In this document: one piece after another, positions 52,603 to 61,519 of the stretch | Layout of the letters: each line of letters starts with the position of its first letter | Position numbering within the stretch: position 1 is the first letter of the stretch | Position numbers and translations under genes: made by a program | Notes under the pieces: generated by a model | Databases searched by the model: none | What the model saw: the letters and a program-made list of their open reading frames with translations, nothing else | What the model was told of the DNA's origin: nothing | From: Vulcanimicrobiota bacterium | GTDB lineage: Bacteria; Vulcanimicrobiota; Vulcanimicrobiia; Vulcanimicrobiales; Vulcanimicrobiaceae | Length of the DNA stretch: 64,000 bases | Direction: 5' to 3' | Assembly (NCBI GenBank): GCA_963777315.1 | Contig: CAVZQC010000004.1 | Location: 160,001 to 224,000 of the forward strand

Positions 52603-54090
52603 TTAGCTGTGGAAGGCGATCGCTTCCACGAGGCTGCTGACCTGCAGCGAGACCTTCCCGTTGCTTACGGAGTGCGTCGTTGTATTCTCGGCTCCGCGAT
52701 CTCCGAACGTCGTCACCGCGACCGACGTTACGGTGGAGGGTACGCTCAGCGTCAGGGTTTCCGTCGTTGGCGCGTAGTCCGTGAGCGTCGAATAGTTCCA
52801 TATCTGCGTCCCGAGCCACGGAACCAGTATGTAAGTGCCGTCAGACTTTTGGAAGAGTACTTGGTAAAGCGACTTGGTGGTGTCGCCGGTCAGCGCGTAG
52901 GCGACAGGCTTACGCGGCGAGGTCCCGGTGTCCGCGAAATAGGTCATCAACTGTCCAATCCGCGTCCAGACCAACTTCGGTTTGAAGTTGAGATCGAGCA
53001 AGCCGTACTGGTAGCATTGCCCGTTCGTGCCTTCATCGATCAGCTCGAACGGATACACGCGCACCCCCTTCTGGATGTGCAGCAGGAGGTCGCGGGGGAA
53101 GTAACGCTCTTGCGTCAGCTGATCTGCAGCGCCATTGTGGCATTTCCCGGCGCCGCCCGAGATATCGGTGTTCCAACCATCCGACTCGGTCCCGACGAGC
53201 GGTTCGTTGCCGACGAAGCTCTGACACCCCTTCACATAGTTGGGATAGTATTGGAGCATCGTGAACTCCGGCGTCTGGTAGGCGTTGACCTCATCGTGAA
53301 TCGCGCACGCGTTCGTGTAGCTGCCAATTTGCCCGTAGTTGAAATATGAATTCGAGCCCGCCATGGCGGGCGAGTAGATCTGCACGCTCGATGAACGCAA
53401 ATTCCAGATCAGGGGGCTCCACTTGGACACTACGTACTGCGTCGTCAGACCGGATTTAGGTCCGAGCCACGTGCAATCGACCCAGCCGACATCGCACTCG
53501 TTCGGCCCCTCGTAGGACTCGACGAGGTTGCTTGGAAGGCCCATCGCCGCGAGATAGCCGTCTAGACAGGTACCGTGGCACCCCGTTGTACTTGTGGTCC
53601 AGCCCATCCACGGATCGGTGATGGCATCGAACCGGATCCCGGCATTATAAAACGCTAGAACGCGGGTTTTCCAAGTCCCGGTGCAGTAGCCGCTCGCCGT
53701 TCCCCAGTTACACAGAAGGTCCCGAACATGCTTGATCTTTGAGCCGAGCAGGAGCGGCGCCCAGGTGTTGTAGTTTTGATCGTATTTTGTAAATTGCAGG
53801 TGCGTGTTGACGCCGACCGAGTCGTTGAAGGTTGAGGCTGCCAAGGGCGTGATGCATCCGCTCGCGCACGGCGTAGCGGTTGCTGCCGGCGTAGCGGCTC
53901 GGACTGTGCGGGTGGAGCTTTGTGTCGTGGTGGTGACGCTAGCGGCAGGCTGCCCGCTGTTGACGGTGCCGGACGCTTGATCGGGCAGCGGGCTGGGGTT
54001 TTCCGAACCGGCGCACGCCGATAAGGCAAGCGCCGCGCCTAAGATAAGAGGCAGAAGGGCAATGGAAAAGACACGTTTATTGTCGCGCAA
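52603..54090 (-). CDS. lipoprotein, GH-clan-A-like paralogue 2
   Basis: Lipobox LSAC, Thr/Ser-rich linker, same YEGPNE/GTESDGW core. Confidence 0.75.
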   Translation of the reverse strand: MRDNKRVFSIALLPLILGAALALSACAGSENPSPLPDQASGTVNSGQPAASVTTTTQSSTRTVRAATPAATATPCASGCITPLAASTFNDSVGVNTHLQFTKYDQNYNTWAPLLLGSKIKHVRDLLCNWGTASGYCTGTWKTRVLAFYNAGIRFDAITDPWMGWTTSTTGCHGTCLDGYLAAMGLPSNLVESYEGPNECDVGWVDCTWLGPKSGLTTQYVVSKWSPLIWNLRSSSVQIYSPAMAGSNSYFNYGQIGSYTNACAIHDEVNAYQTPEFTMLQYYPNYVKGCQSFVGNEPLVGTESDGWNTDISGGAGKCHNGAADQLTQERYFPRDLLLHIQKGVRVYPFELIDEGTNGQCYQYGLLDLNFKPKLVWTRIGQLMTYFADTGTSPRKPVAYALTGDTTKSLYQVLFQKSDGTYILVPWLGTQIWNYSTLTDYAPTTETLTLSVPSTVTSVAVTTFGDRGAENTTTHSVSNGKVSLQVSSLVEAIAFHS

Positions 54091-54404
54091 TGTGATGACC
54101 TCTCATGGATTACGACTCGGGCGAACACCACTAACTGCGCGGTGTCGGGTCGAGCTCTTTGGGCTTCCGTGCTGCCCTGCGGTTGCAGACGGTAAATTTG
54201 CGCTACTATTCAATAGCGCGCGCAGGCTCCGCGGTTGGCCTTTTTGCGGCTACGGGTACTAAGTCCTATTGCGGTCCGCGAAGTTAATATGATCCTCTCG
54301 TCGTTTGGTCTTCCTGTTAAGAATCGGTTGGGGGCCCGAGGCGCCTTTAGTTTGGCGACCGTTTCTTTACAAACCCTACACAAGCGATACCGGCCGGCTT
54401 GATG

Positions 54405-56153
54405 CTAGACATGGAAGGCGACGGCTTCAACTAAGCTGCTCACGGGCAGTGCGAATGCGCCATTGCGGCCGGACACGGAGATGACCGTCTGCGAGCCGCT
54501 GTCGCCAAACATCGTGACCTTTATGGAAGACACGCTTGCGGGCAGCGTCAGCGTCAGCGTTTCGGTCGCCGGCGCATAATCCGTGAGGGTTGTATAGTCC
54601 CAGAGCTGCGTTCCGAGCCAGGGCACCAAGATGTACGTCCCGTCCGATTTTTGAAAGAGCACTTGATACAGGCTTTTCGAGGTGTCGCCCGTGAGCGCGT
54701 AGGCGAGCGGTGTGCGCGGCGAGATTCCGTTGTCCGCAAAGTAGTTCATCAACTGGCCGATTCGCGTCCAGACGAGTTTGGGCTGAGAGTTTAAATCGAG
54801 CAGGCCGTACTGATGGCAGTTTCCGTCCGCAGAATCGTCCAGCAGCTCGTACGGATAGACGCGCACGCCGTGCTGAATGTGCAGCAGCAGATCGCGCGGG
54901 AAATAGCGCTCTTGCGTGAGCTGATCGACCGCGCCGTTGCTGCATTTACCGCCGCCGCCGGATATGTCGGTATTCCAGCCGTCCGATTCTGTGCCGGCGA
55001 GGCCTTCGTTGCCGACCAGATGCGCACAGCCCGCCACGTACGCCGGATAATACTGCGTCATGGTGTACTCGGGCGTCTGGAAGCCGTTCACTTCATCGTG
55101 AACCGCGCACGCATCGGTATCGTTCCCGATGTAGGTGTAATTATTGTACGAGGCCGATCCCGCCATGGCGGGGCTGTACACGCGAACGGACGACGAGCGC
55201 AGCGTCGCGACGTACGGCATCCATGCCTGAAAGACGCTATCGACGCCGGCTGTCGTCGAGGGGTAGACCGTGTTGCCGACGGTGTTGCAGGTGTTATTCG
55301 CATACTCGTCATCGCACTCGTTCGGGCCTTCGTACGCTTCCACTGAATCGCTCGGCAGACCGAGCGCCGGGAGATAGCCGCCGGTGCAGGTGCCGTGGCA
55401 GCCGGTGCTGGCCGCCGTCCAGCCCATCCACGGATTCGTGATGAGATCGAAGCGAATTCCGGCGTTGTAGAAGGCTTCGTAGCGCTGCGTAAACGCGCCG
55501 GTGCAAAACGTGCTCTGCGTTCCCCACGGACAAAACGTGTCACGCACATGTTTGATCCGTGAATTGAGCAGCAACGGCGCCCAGTTCGCGTAATTCAGAT
55601 CGTAGCGCGAGCCTTGGAACGCGAGGTGCGTATTGACGCCGATCGAGTCGTTGAAGGTCGCGGCTGCGAAGGGCGTAACGCACCCGCTTACGCACGGCGG
55701 ATCGATAGGCGCTGCGGTGGGCGTTGCGGTGGGCGTAACGGTCGGCGTAACGGTCGGCGTAGCGGTGGGCGTAACGGTCGGCGTAGCGGTGGGCGTAACG
55801 GTCGGCGTTGCGGTGGGCCTAACGGTAGGCGTCGCGCTGGGCGCTGCGGTCGGCGTTGTAGAGGGCGTAACGGATGGTGCAACGCTCGGCCTGGGTGAGG
55901 GAGTCGCCGTCGTTGCCGACGATGCTTGCGGACTTGGCGTAGTCGTCGGCGCGGGCACCGAACTTGGCGCAGTCGTCGGTGCCGGTGCGGAGCTTGCCGC
56001 CGTCGTTGGTTTCGGACTCGCTGTCGCTTGCGGCTGCTGTTTACCGTTCGTATCTGCCGGGATCAGTTGCGTACCGGCGCCGGACCCTCCGCATGCCGAC
56101 AGCGCAACGAGCGCCATAAGCATTGCCACGGTGGATTTTATGGTACATTTCAT
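54405..56153 (-). CDS. lipoprotein, GH-clan-A-like paralogue 3 with long Pro/Thr linker
   Basis: Lipobox LSAC, TPTA/TPTV repeats, same core. Confidence 0.75.
   Translation of the reverse strand: MKCTIKSTVAMLMALVALSACGGSGAGTQLIPADTNGKQQPQATASPKPTTAASSAPAPTTAPSSVPAPTTTPSPQASSATTATPSPRPSVAPSVTPSTTPTAAPSATPTVRPTATPTVTPTATPTVTPTATPTVTPTVTPTATPTAAPIDPPCVSGCVTPFAAATFNDSIGVNTHLAFQGSRYDLNYANWAPLLLNSRIKHVRDTFCPWGTQSTFCTGAFTQRYEAFYNAGIRFDLITNPWMGWTAASTGCHGTCTGGYLPALGLPSDSVEAYEGPNECDDEYANNTCNTVGNTVYPSTTAGVDSVFQAWMPYVATLRSSSVRVYSPAMAGSASYNNYTYIGNDTDACAVHDEVNGFQTPEYTMTQYYPAYVAGCAHLVGNEGLAGTESDGWNTDISGGGGKCSNGAVDQLTQERYFPRDLLLHIQHGVRVYPYELLDDSADGNCHQYGLLDLNSQPKLVWTRIGQLMNYFADNGISPRTPLAYALTGDTSKSLYQVLFQKSDGTYILVPWLGTQLWDYTTLTDYAPATETLTLTLPASVSSIKVTMFGDSGSQTVISVSGRNGAFALPVSSLVEAVAFHV
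55711..55870. repeat. coding tandem repeat of about 12-nt units encoding TPT(A/V)
   Basis: GTGGGCGTAACG / GTCGGCGTAGCG units repeated in tandem. Confidence 0.85.
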
Positions 56154-56283
56154 TCCGGAGCAAAGCCTTGTTCACAGGCGCAGCCGCCGCATTATCGGCG
56201 CACAGGTATATTCGGCAAACGCGCACGGGAATTAAGCGGCGCTCCGCGCCGGCAATGTAGACTTGTCAGTAAGGAAATTCGCT

Positions 56284-57087
56284 ATGGCATCGATTGCCCA
56301 CGACTTCAGCATGCGGCCGGAGACGGTTGCTATGTCCGCCGATGAGGGCTTCAGGTACCTCTTCCCGCCCGAGAAGGCGATCTTGGACGAGCTGGTCGGT
56401 AGTGGGCTGGGCGAAATGTCGATGCTCGACCTCGGTGTGGGCGCCGGAAGAACCACCGCCCATTTTCAGCCCCTCGTCCGCCGTTACGTTGGTTTGGATT
56501 ATTCGCCGCCGATGCTGGAGGCGTGTGCCCGGAGGTTTCCGGACGGGATTCCGAACGGGCGCTTCGTCTTAGGCGATGCGCGCGATCTCCAAGCATTTGA
56601 GCCTGCTTCTTTTGATTTCGTCCTGTTCAGCTACAACGGTCTGGATTCGGTTGACGTATCTGACCGCGAAGTCGCCCTGCGCGAGGTCAGGAAAGTTCTA
56701 AAAGATGACGGGCGGTTTTGCTTTTCGACTCACAACATCGACTGGCGCGGACTGATGTCGTGGTCCGGTGTTCGGAATATTGCGGCGCAAATACGAAGGC
56801 CGAAGGCGCTCATCCCCGCTTGCATCAGGCAATATACCATGCGGCGCGAGAATCGGACGTGGAGCCTAAAGCGGCGAATCAATGAGATCAGGAGCCGCGG
56901 ATCCGGCATTTTCTTTGAGGGTGCGGTGCACCAGCACTATACGACCCACGAGCATCAGCTTGCTCAGCTAAGGCGTTGCGGCTTCGATCGGATCCGGGCG
57001 TTCTCCGGAAACGGCATAGAAACGAATGCCGCCGCCGAACTGAACACCGGTTTCCAGATCTATTATTTGGCGCGGGCCGCCGACTGA
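56284..57087 (+). CDS. class I SAM-dependent methyltransferase
   Basis: MLDLGVGAGRT, YVGLDYSPPML, GDARDL, FDFVLFSYNGLD; AAGGA before ATG 56284. Confidence 0.9.
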   Translation: MASIAHDFSMRPETVAMSADEGFRYLFPPEKAILDELVGSGLGEMSMLDLGVGAGRTTAHFQPLVRRYVGLDYSPPMLEACARRFPDGIPNGRFVLGDARDLQAFEPASFDFVLFSYNGLDSVDVSDREVALREVRKVLKDDGRFCFSTHNIDWRGLMSWSGVRNIAAQIRRPKALIPACIRQYTMRRENRTWSLKRRINEIRSRGSGIFFEGAVHQHYTTHEHQLAQLRRCGFDRIRAFSGNGIETNAAAELNTGFQIYYLARAAD

Positions 57088-57108
57088 CGCAAATCGCCTG
57101 CTCGCTCT

Positions 57109-57154
57109 ATCCCTATCTCTTGGGATGGACCGCCGGGTACAGGCTCGGTAAGCT
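57109..57154 (+). promoter_or_regulatory. 18-bp palindromic box and -10 element upstream of the NRPS-like operon
   Basis: ATCCCT-ATCTCT-TGGGAT (57109-57126), TAAGCT 22 nt downstream. Confidence 0.7.
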
Positions 57155-57295
57155 CAAGCCGTACGGACGTTCGGGCGTAACACGCATCTGGTCGATGGCA
57201 CGTATGTGCTCCTACCGGCTGCCGCTTCCTACGAACGAGTTCTCGTATTGCTGCCGTCGTCGTTTACGGCAGCCGGCTACAGTAAAGGGTGGAAT

Positions 57296-59125
57296 GTGGG
57301 CACGTTCGTTTTGCAAGGCAAACGATTGCCGGAGCAAAATATCTTCAAAATCGAAAACCGCTCGAATGCGGTTTCTCGTAGAATTTCGCGGTGCGCTGCG
57401 GGAGCGCCCGAACGTATTGCAGTCGCCGACGGAACCGCGCAGCTCACCTATCGTGAGCTCGAGCGCCGCTCCGACTACTTGGCCGCGCGCCTTCAAGAAG
57501 CGGGCGCGGCGCCGAATCGCTGCGTCGGAGTCTATGTAGAACGCTCGGCAGATTTTATCGTCGCCGCACTCGCCGTGCTAAAAAGCGGCGCTGCCTATGT
57601 TCCGCTCGACCTTTCCACGCCCCCAGAACGAGCGGCATTCATTTTAGAGGACGCCGGCGCTTTCGCGCTTATCACCCAGCCGGGCACGCCGAGTCCGGCT
57701 TCAGGCCGGCGGCATGTGATCGAGATGGACGATTGGAGCGCGACATCTCGCAGCGCCTTTGCAAAGGTTGAGCTCGACGCCGCAAACTTAGCGTACGTTA
57801 TCTACACATCGGGCTCGACGGGCAAACCCAAAGGCGTTGAGATAACCCATGGCAATCTTTCGAATTTGGTGAATTGGCATCAGTCCGAATTCCGCGTCAC
57901 GTCGTCAGACCGCGCGAGCCAGGTCGCGGGCCTTGGGTTCGATGCGTCGGTTTGGGAGATCTGGCCCTACCTGACGGCCGGTGCGAGCGTGTGCGTCGCG
58001 GACGAATTGACCCGCCGCTCGCCCGAGGCACTTCGTGACTGGATGGTCGCGGAGAAGATCACGATCGGTTTCGTGCCGACGATTGTAGCCGAGCAGCTGC
58101 TCCACATTGACTGGCCCGACGAGACGAGCCTTAGCATTCTGCTGACCGGGGGCGATACGTTGCACGCTCGCCCGGCACCAAAGTCGCCGTTCCGCGTGGT
58201 AAACAATTATGGCCCAACGGAATGCACGGTGGTGGCAACGTCAGGCGCCGTGTCTTCGCACGGCGACGATGGCGCACCGCCGTCCATCGGCCGTCCCATC
58301 GCCAATGCGACGGCGCTGATCCTTGACGAAGCATTGCGTCCGGTCGCGGCAGGCGAAGTGGGAGAACTGTGCATCGGCGGCGCGCTCGTTGGCCGGGGAT
58401 ATCGTAATCTGCCCGAACTGACGGCAAGCCGATTTGTGGACTATCTATCTGCGTCCGCGGATCCGCTGCGCATCTATCGAACCGGCGACCGCGCGCGATT
58501 GCTGCAAAACGGAGAAATCGAATTCCTCGGTCGTCTCGACGATCAGGTGAAGATTCGCGGGCACCGCATTGAGTTAGGAGAAATTGCCGCGCACCTGGAT
58601 CGTTGTCCCGGAATCGAATGGAGCGCCGTTTCGGTGAAGGATCTCGGCGCTCGAGGGCTTTCGCTTGTCGCTTACATCGTTTTAGTCGACAAGGCAACCC
58701 TTGCCGCCGCCGGCGTACGCCAATTTCTTGCAACCTATCTCCCGGATTACATGGTGCCCGAGTTTTTCGTGGTAATGTCGGAGCTGCCTGTGACGGCGAG
58801 CGGAAAGCTGGATAGATCTGCTCTTCCGGAGCCCTGCGTGGATAATCTCTTGCCGTATGATCTCGCGGCCGACGGTACGGCTAATGCGGGCGGCAGTGAA
58901 CTGCAATGCCAGATAGCGGCATTGGTCGCAACACTGTTGCGCCGGCCGGCGATTGACGTCGACGAAAATTTCTTCATGATAGGTGGCCATTCGATGCTCG
59001 GCGTGCAACTGATCGCCCAAATTCGCGATAAGTTCGGCGTCAAAGTCACGCTGCGGCAGCTGTTCACCGCACCGACGATCGCCGCCTTGTCGCAGGAAGT
59101 TGCAAGGCTGAAACAGCCGGCGTAA
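57296..59125 (+). CDS. stand-alone NRPS adenylation-thiolation didomain, predicted Leu-activating
   Basis: LTYREL, AYVIYTSGSTGKPKG, FDASVWE, NNYGPTE, YRTGD, GRLDDQVKIRGHRIELGEI, SGKLDR; PCP site FFMIGGHSML; start uncertain (57206/57296). Confidence 0.93.
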   Translation: MGTFVLQGKRLPEQNIFKIENRSNAVSRRISRCAAGAPERIAVADGTAQLTYRELERRSDYLAARLQEAGAAPNRCVGVYVERSADFIVAALAVLKSGAAYVPLDLSTPPERAAFILEDAGAFALITQPGTPSPASGRRHVIEMDDWSATSRSAFAKVELDAANLAYVIYTSGSTGKPKGVEITHGNLSNLVNWHQSEFRVTSSDRASQVAGLGFDASVWEIWPYLTAGASVCVADELTRRSPEALRDWMVAEKITIGFVPTIVAEQLLHIDWPDETSLSILLTGGDTLHARPAPKSPFRVVNNYGPTECTVVATSGAVSSHGDDGAPPSIGRPIANATALILDEALRPVAAGEVGELCIGGALVGRGYRNLPELTASRFVDYLSASADPLRIYRTGDRARLLQNGEIEFLGRLDDQVKIRGHRIELGEIAAHLDRCPGIEWSAVSVKDLGARGLSLVAYIVLVDKATLAAAGVRQFLATYLPDYMVPEFFVVMSELPVTASGKLDRSALPEPCVDNLLPYDLAADGTANAGGSELQCQIAALVATLLRRPAIDVDENFFMIGGHSMLGVQLIAQIRDKFGVKVTLRQLFTAPTIAALSQEVARLKQPA

Positions 59126-59138
59126 TGCAATCGTACCG

Positions 59139-60377
59139 ATGATCGATAGCGCGGCTCAAGTCCCCTTAAGTCTCTACCACTTACTCGATCCGCAGGTGCT
59201 GGCGAACCCGTATCCGCTCTATCGCCGCCTTCGTACCGAAGATCCCGTTCATTGGGATCCCTACCTCCATGCTTGGATCGTCACGCGATATCAGGACGTC
59301 ATTACGGTCCTGACTCGGTTTTCCGCCGATCGCACGCCTTCCCCGGAATATTTCGAGCGGCTGGGTGCCCCCGAAGTGAGCCCGATAGCGACGGTGATGG
59401 TCAAGCAGATGCTGTTTATGGATGCGCCGGCACACACGCGCCTGCGCACGCTTGCGGCGCCCGCCTTCATGCCGGCGCGCGTACACGTGCTGCGCGATCA
59501 CGTCCGGCAGATCGCGAGCAATCTCATCGACGACATCGTGGCACGCGGCTCCGGCAAAATGGACCTTTTGGCCGACTTCGCCGAGCCGTTTCCCGCGATC
59601 GTGACGGCCGAGTTGCTGGGCGTGCCCGTGGAAGATCACGTCCGGCTGAAAGACTGGTCGGGGACGTTCGCCGGAATGCTTGGAAACTTTCAGCACAATC
59701 CCGAACGGCTCGGGGACGTGCTGCAGGCTGCCCAAAACTTGACCGCATACTTTCAAAACGCGATCCTCGAACAACGCAAGAACCCAAGGCCGGGATTGGT
59801 CGACTCGCTGATGACCAGCGAAGTCGACGGCGATCGCCTGACCGACGAAGAGGTCGTTGCAAACTGCATCGTCACGATGGTCGGCGGCCAGGAAACGACG
59901 ACGAATCTGATCGGCAACGGCATGCTCACGCTGTTGCGTAATCCGCAAGCCTTGGCGCGCCTTCGCAGCGAGAACGAGATCGTGCCCGCGGCGGTCGAAG
60001 AACTGCTGCGCTATGAAAGCCCCAGCCAGCACACCGCCCGTTTAGCGCCGCGTGACGTAGTGCTCGGCGGAAAGCAGATTCGCAAAAGGGACGCGGTGAT
60101 CGCGGTGATGGCCGCGGGCAACCGCGATCCGGAGCGATTCCCGCAGCCCGACCGCCTCGACTTCGATCGATCGGACAATCGACACCTCGCGTTCGGATGG
60201 GCGGCACATTTCTGTTTCGGCGCGCCGTTGGCTCGGCTCGAGGGACATATTGCGTTTGAAACGCTCTTGCAGCGATTTCCGGTGCTGCGGCTCACAAACG
60301 AGAACCTTGCGTGGCGTGAAAACCTCGGACTGCGCGGTCTGAGATCGCTGCCGCTTTCGTACGAAGCCAAGCCATGA
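59139..60377 (+). CDS. cytochrome P450
   Basis: I-helix VGGQETT, K-helix EELLR, heme motif FGWAAHFCFG. Confidence 0.96.
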   Translation: MIDSAAQVPLSLYHLLDPQVLANPYPLYRRLRTEDPVHWDPYLHAWIVTRYQDVITVLTRFSADRTPSPEYFERLGAPEVSPIATVMVKQMLFMDAPAHTRLRTLAAPAFMPARVHVLRDHVRQIASNLIDDIVARGSGKMDLLADFAEPFPAIVTAELLGVPVEDHVRLKDWSGTFAGMLGNFQHNPERLGDVLQAAQNLTAYFQNAILEQRKNPRPGLVDSLMTSEVDGDRLTDEEVVANCIVTMVGGQETTTNLIGNGMLTLLRNPQALARLRSENEIVPAAVEELLRYESPSQHTARLAPRDVVLGGKQIRKRDAVIAVMAAGNRDPERFPQPDRLDFDRSDNRHLAFGWAAHFCFGAPLARLEGHIAFETLLQRFPVLRLTNENLAWRENLGLRGLRSLPLSYEAKP

Positions 60378-61519
60378 GCTTTCAGGTCAAAAATATGCCG
60401 CCGGCCGGGGCTGCGGCTCTTGCGCCGCCCAAGCTTCGGCCGGCCCGTTTCGACGATTACGAAGGCATCCGCAGGTTGGTCTTGGAGCACTCTACCGAAT
60501 TCGCGGCCGCCGAAGACTGGCGCCATTACTGGGCCGACAATCCCGTCTACCAACGTCTCGGCAGTGGGACGCCCATCGGCTGGGTGTTGCACACGCAAGC
60601 CGGCGGCATCGTCGGCACGCTCGGCAGCATCCCGTCACTGTATACGTTCCGCGGTCAGGACCTGATCGCGGCGACGGGGCAGTCGTGGTATGTCGCGGCT
60701 CCATACCGTGGGCTGGCGCTCGAGCTGATGGCCGAGTATTTCGATCAGCCCGTCGATTTGTTTATCGGCTCCACGGCGGGTTCGATGGCGAGTGCGACGT
60801 GCAGCGAGCTCTATGCGCGGATCCCATTGGGTCAGTGGGACACGAAGTCATATTGCGTAACGCGATATCGCTCGTTTGCCGCGCGAGCGCTGGACAAGCT
60901 GCACGTGCCGCTCGCGGGTTTACTCTCGCATCCCGCGGGTGCCGGACTTTGGCTCAAGGATGCTATCCGCAGGAAACCGGTCTGTGCCGTCCCACGTTCC
61001 TTCGCCATCGACGCCATGGATCGGTTCGACGCGCGTTTCGATGATTTCTGGGGTGAGCTCGTGCGGCAAAATCCGGAGAAATTGCTTGCAGAGCGGTCTC
61101 TTGCGGCGCTTGCGTGGCATTTTGGCCCAGCCATTCGCAATGGTCTGTTATGGATTTTTACCGCATCGAAAAATAAACGGATGCGAGGTTACTGCATCGT
61201 GCGGCGGCGAGAATATTCGACGCCCGGGGTTCGGCGCATGCGCCTAGTGGATTATCAGAGCATCGAACCGGAAGTGGACCTTTTACCGTGCCTGCTTGAT
61301 GCGGCGGTGCGGCGCTGCACCGCAGAAGATATTTATGTCCTAGAAAACATCGGCGTGGGCATGCCCAAAATGCGCGCTTTTGACGACTATGCCCCGTACC
61401 GCGTACGGTCGGATAGCTGGCCCTTCTTTTACCGCGCGGCCGATCCGGCGCTCCACGCAGAGCTGCTTCAGCCCCGTTTTTGGGACCCGTCGTCCTTCGA
61501 TGGTGATGCGAGTTTGTGA
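60374..61519 (+). CDS. hypothetical GNAT-fold-like protein, paralogue 1
   Basis: LRPARFDD, WYVAAPYRG, ERSLAALAWHF, LVDY, C-terminal FDGD; ATGA-coupled to the P450. Confidence 0.65.
   Translation: MSFQVKNMPPAGAAALAPPKLRPARFDDYEGIRRLVLEHSTEFAAAEDWRHYWADNPVYQRLGSGTPIGWVLHTQAGGIVGTLGSIPSLYTFRGQDLIAATGQSWYVAAPYRGLALELMAEYFDQPVDLFIGSTAGSMASATCSELYARIPLGQWDTKSYCVTRYRSFAARALDKLHVPLAGLLSHPAGAGLWLKDAIRRKPVCAVPRSFAIDAMDRFDARFDDFWGELVRQNPEKLLAERSLAALAWHFGPAIRNGLLWIFTASKNKRMRGYCIVRRREYSTPGVRRMRLVDYQSIEPEVDLLPCLLDAAVRRCTAEDIYVLENIGVGMPKMRAFDDYAPYRVRSDSWPFFYRAADPALHAELLQPRFWDPSSFDGDASL

Noticed and set aside
53560..53590. GCHGTC in the GH-like paralogues as a c-type heme site
   Set aside because: Does not match CxxCH; more likely a disulfide loop
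55711..55870. Tandem repeats as a possible CRISPR array
   Set aside because: 12-nt in-frame units encoding a Pro/Thr linker, no unique spacers, no cas genes
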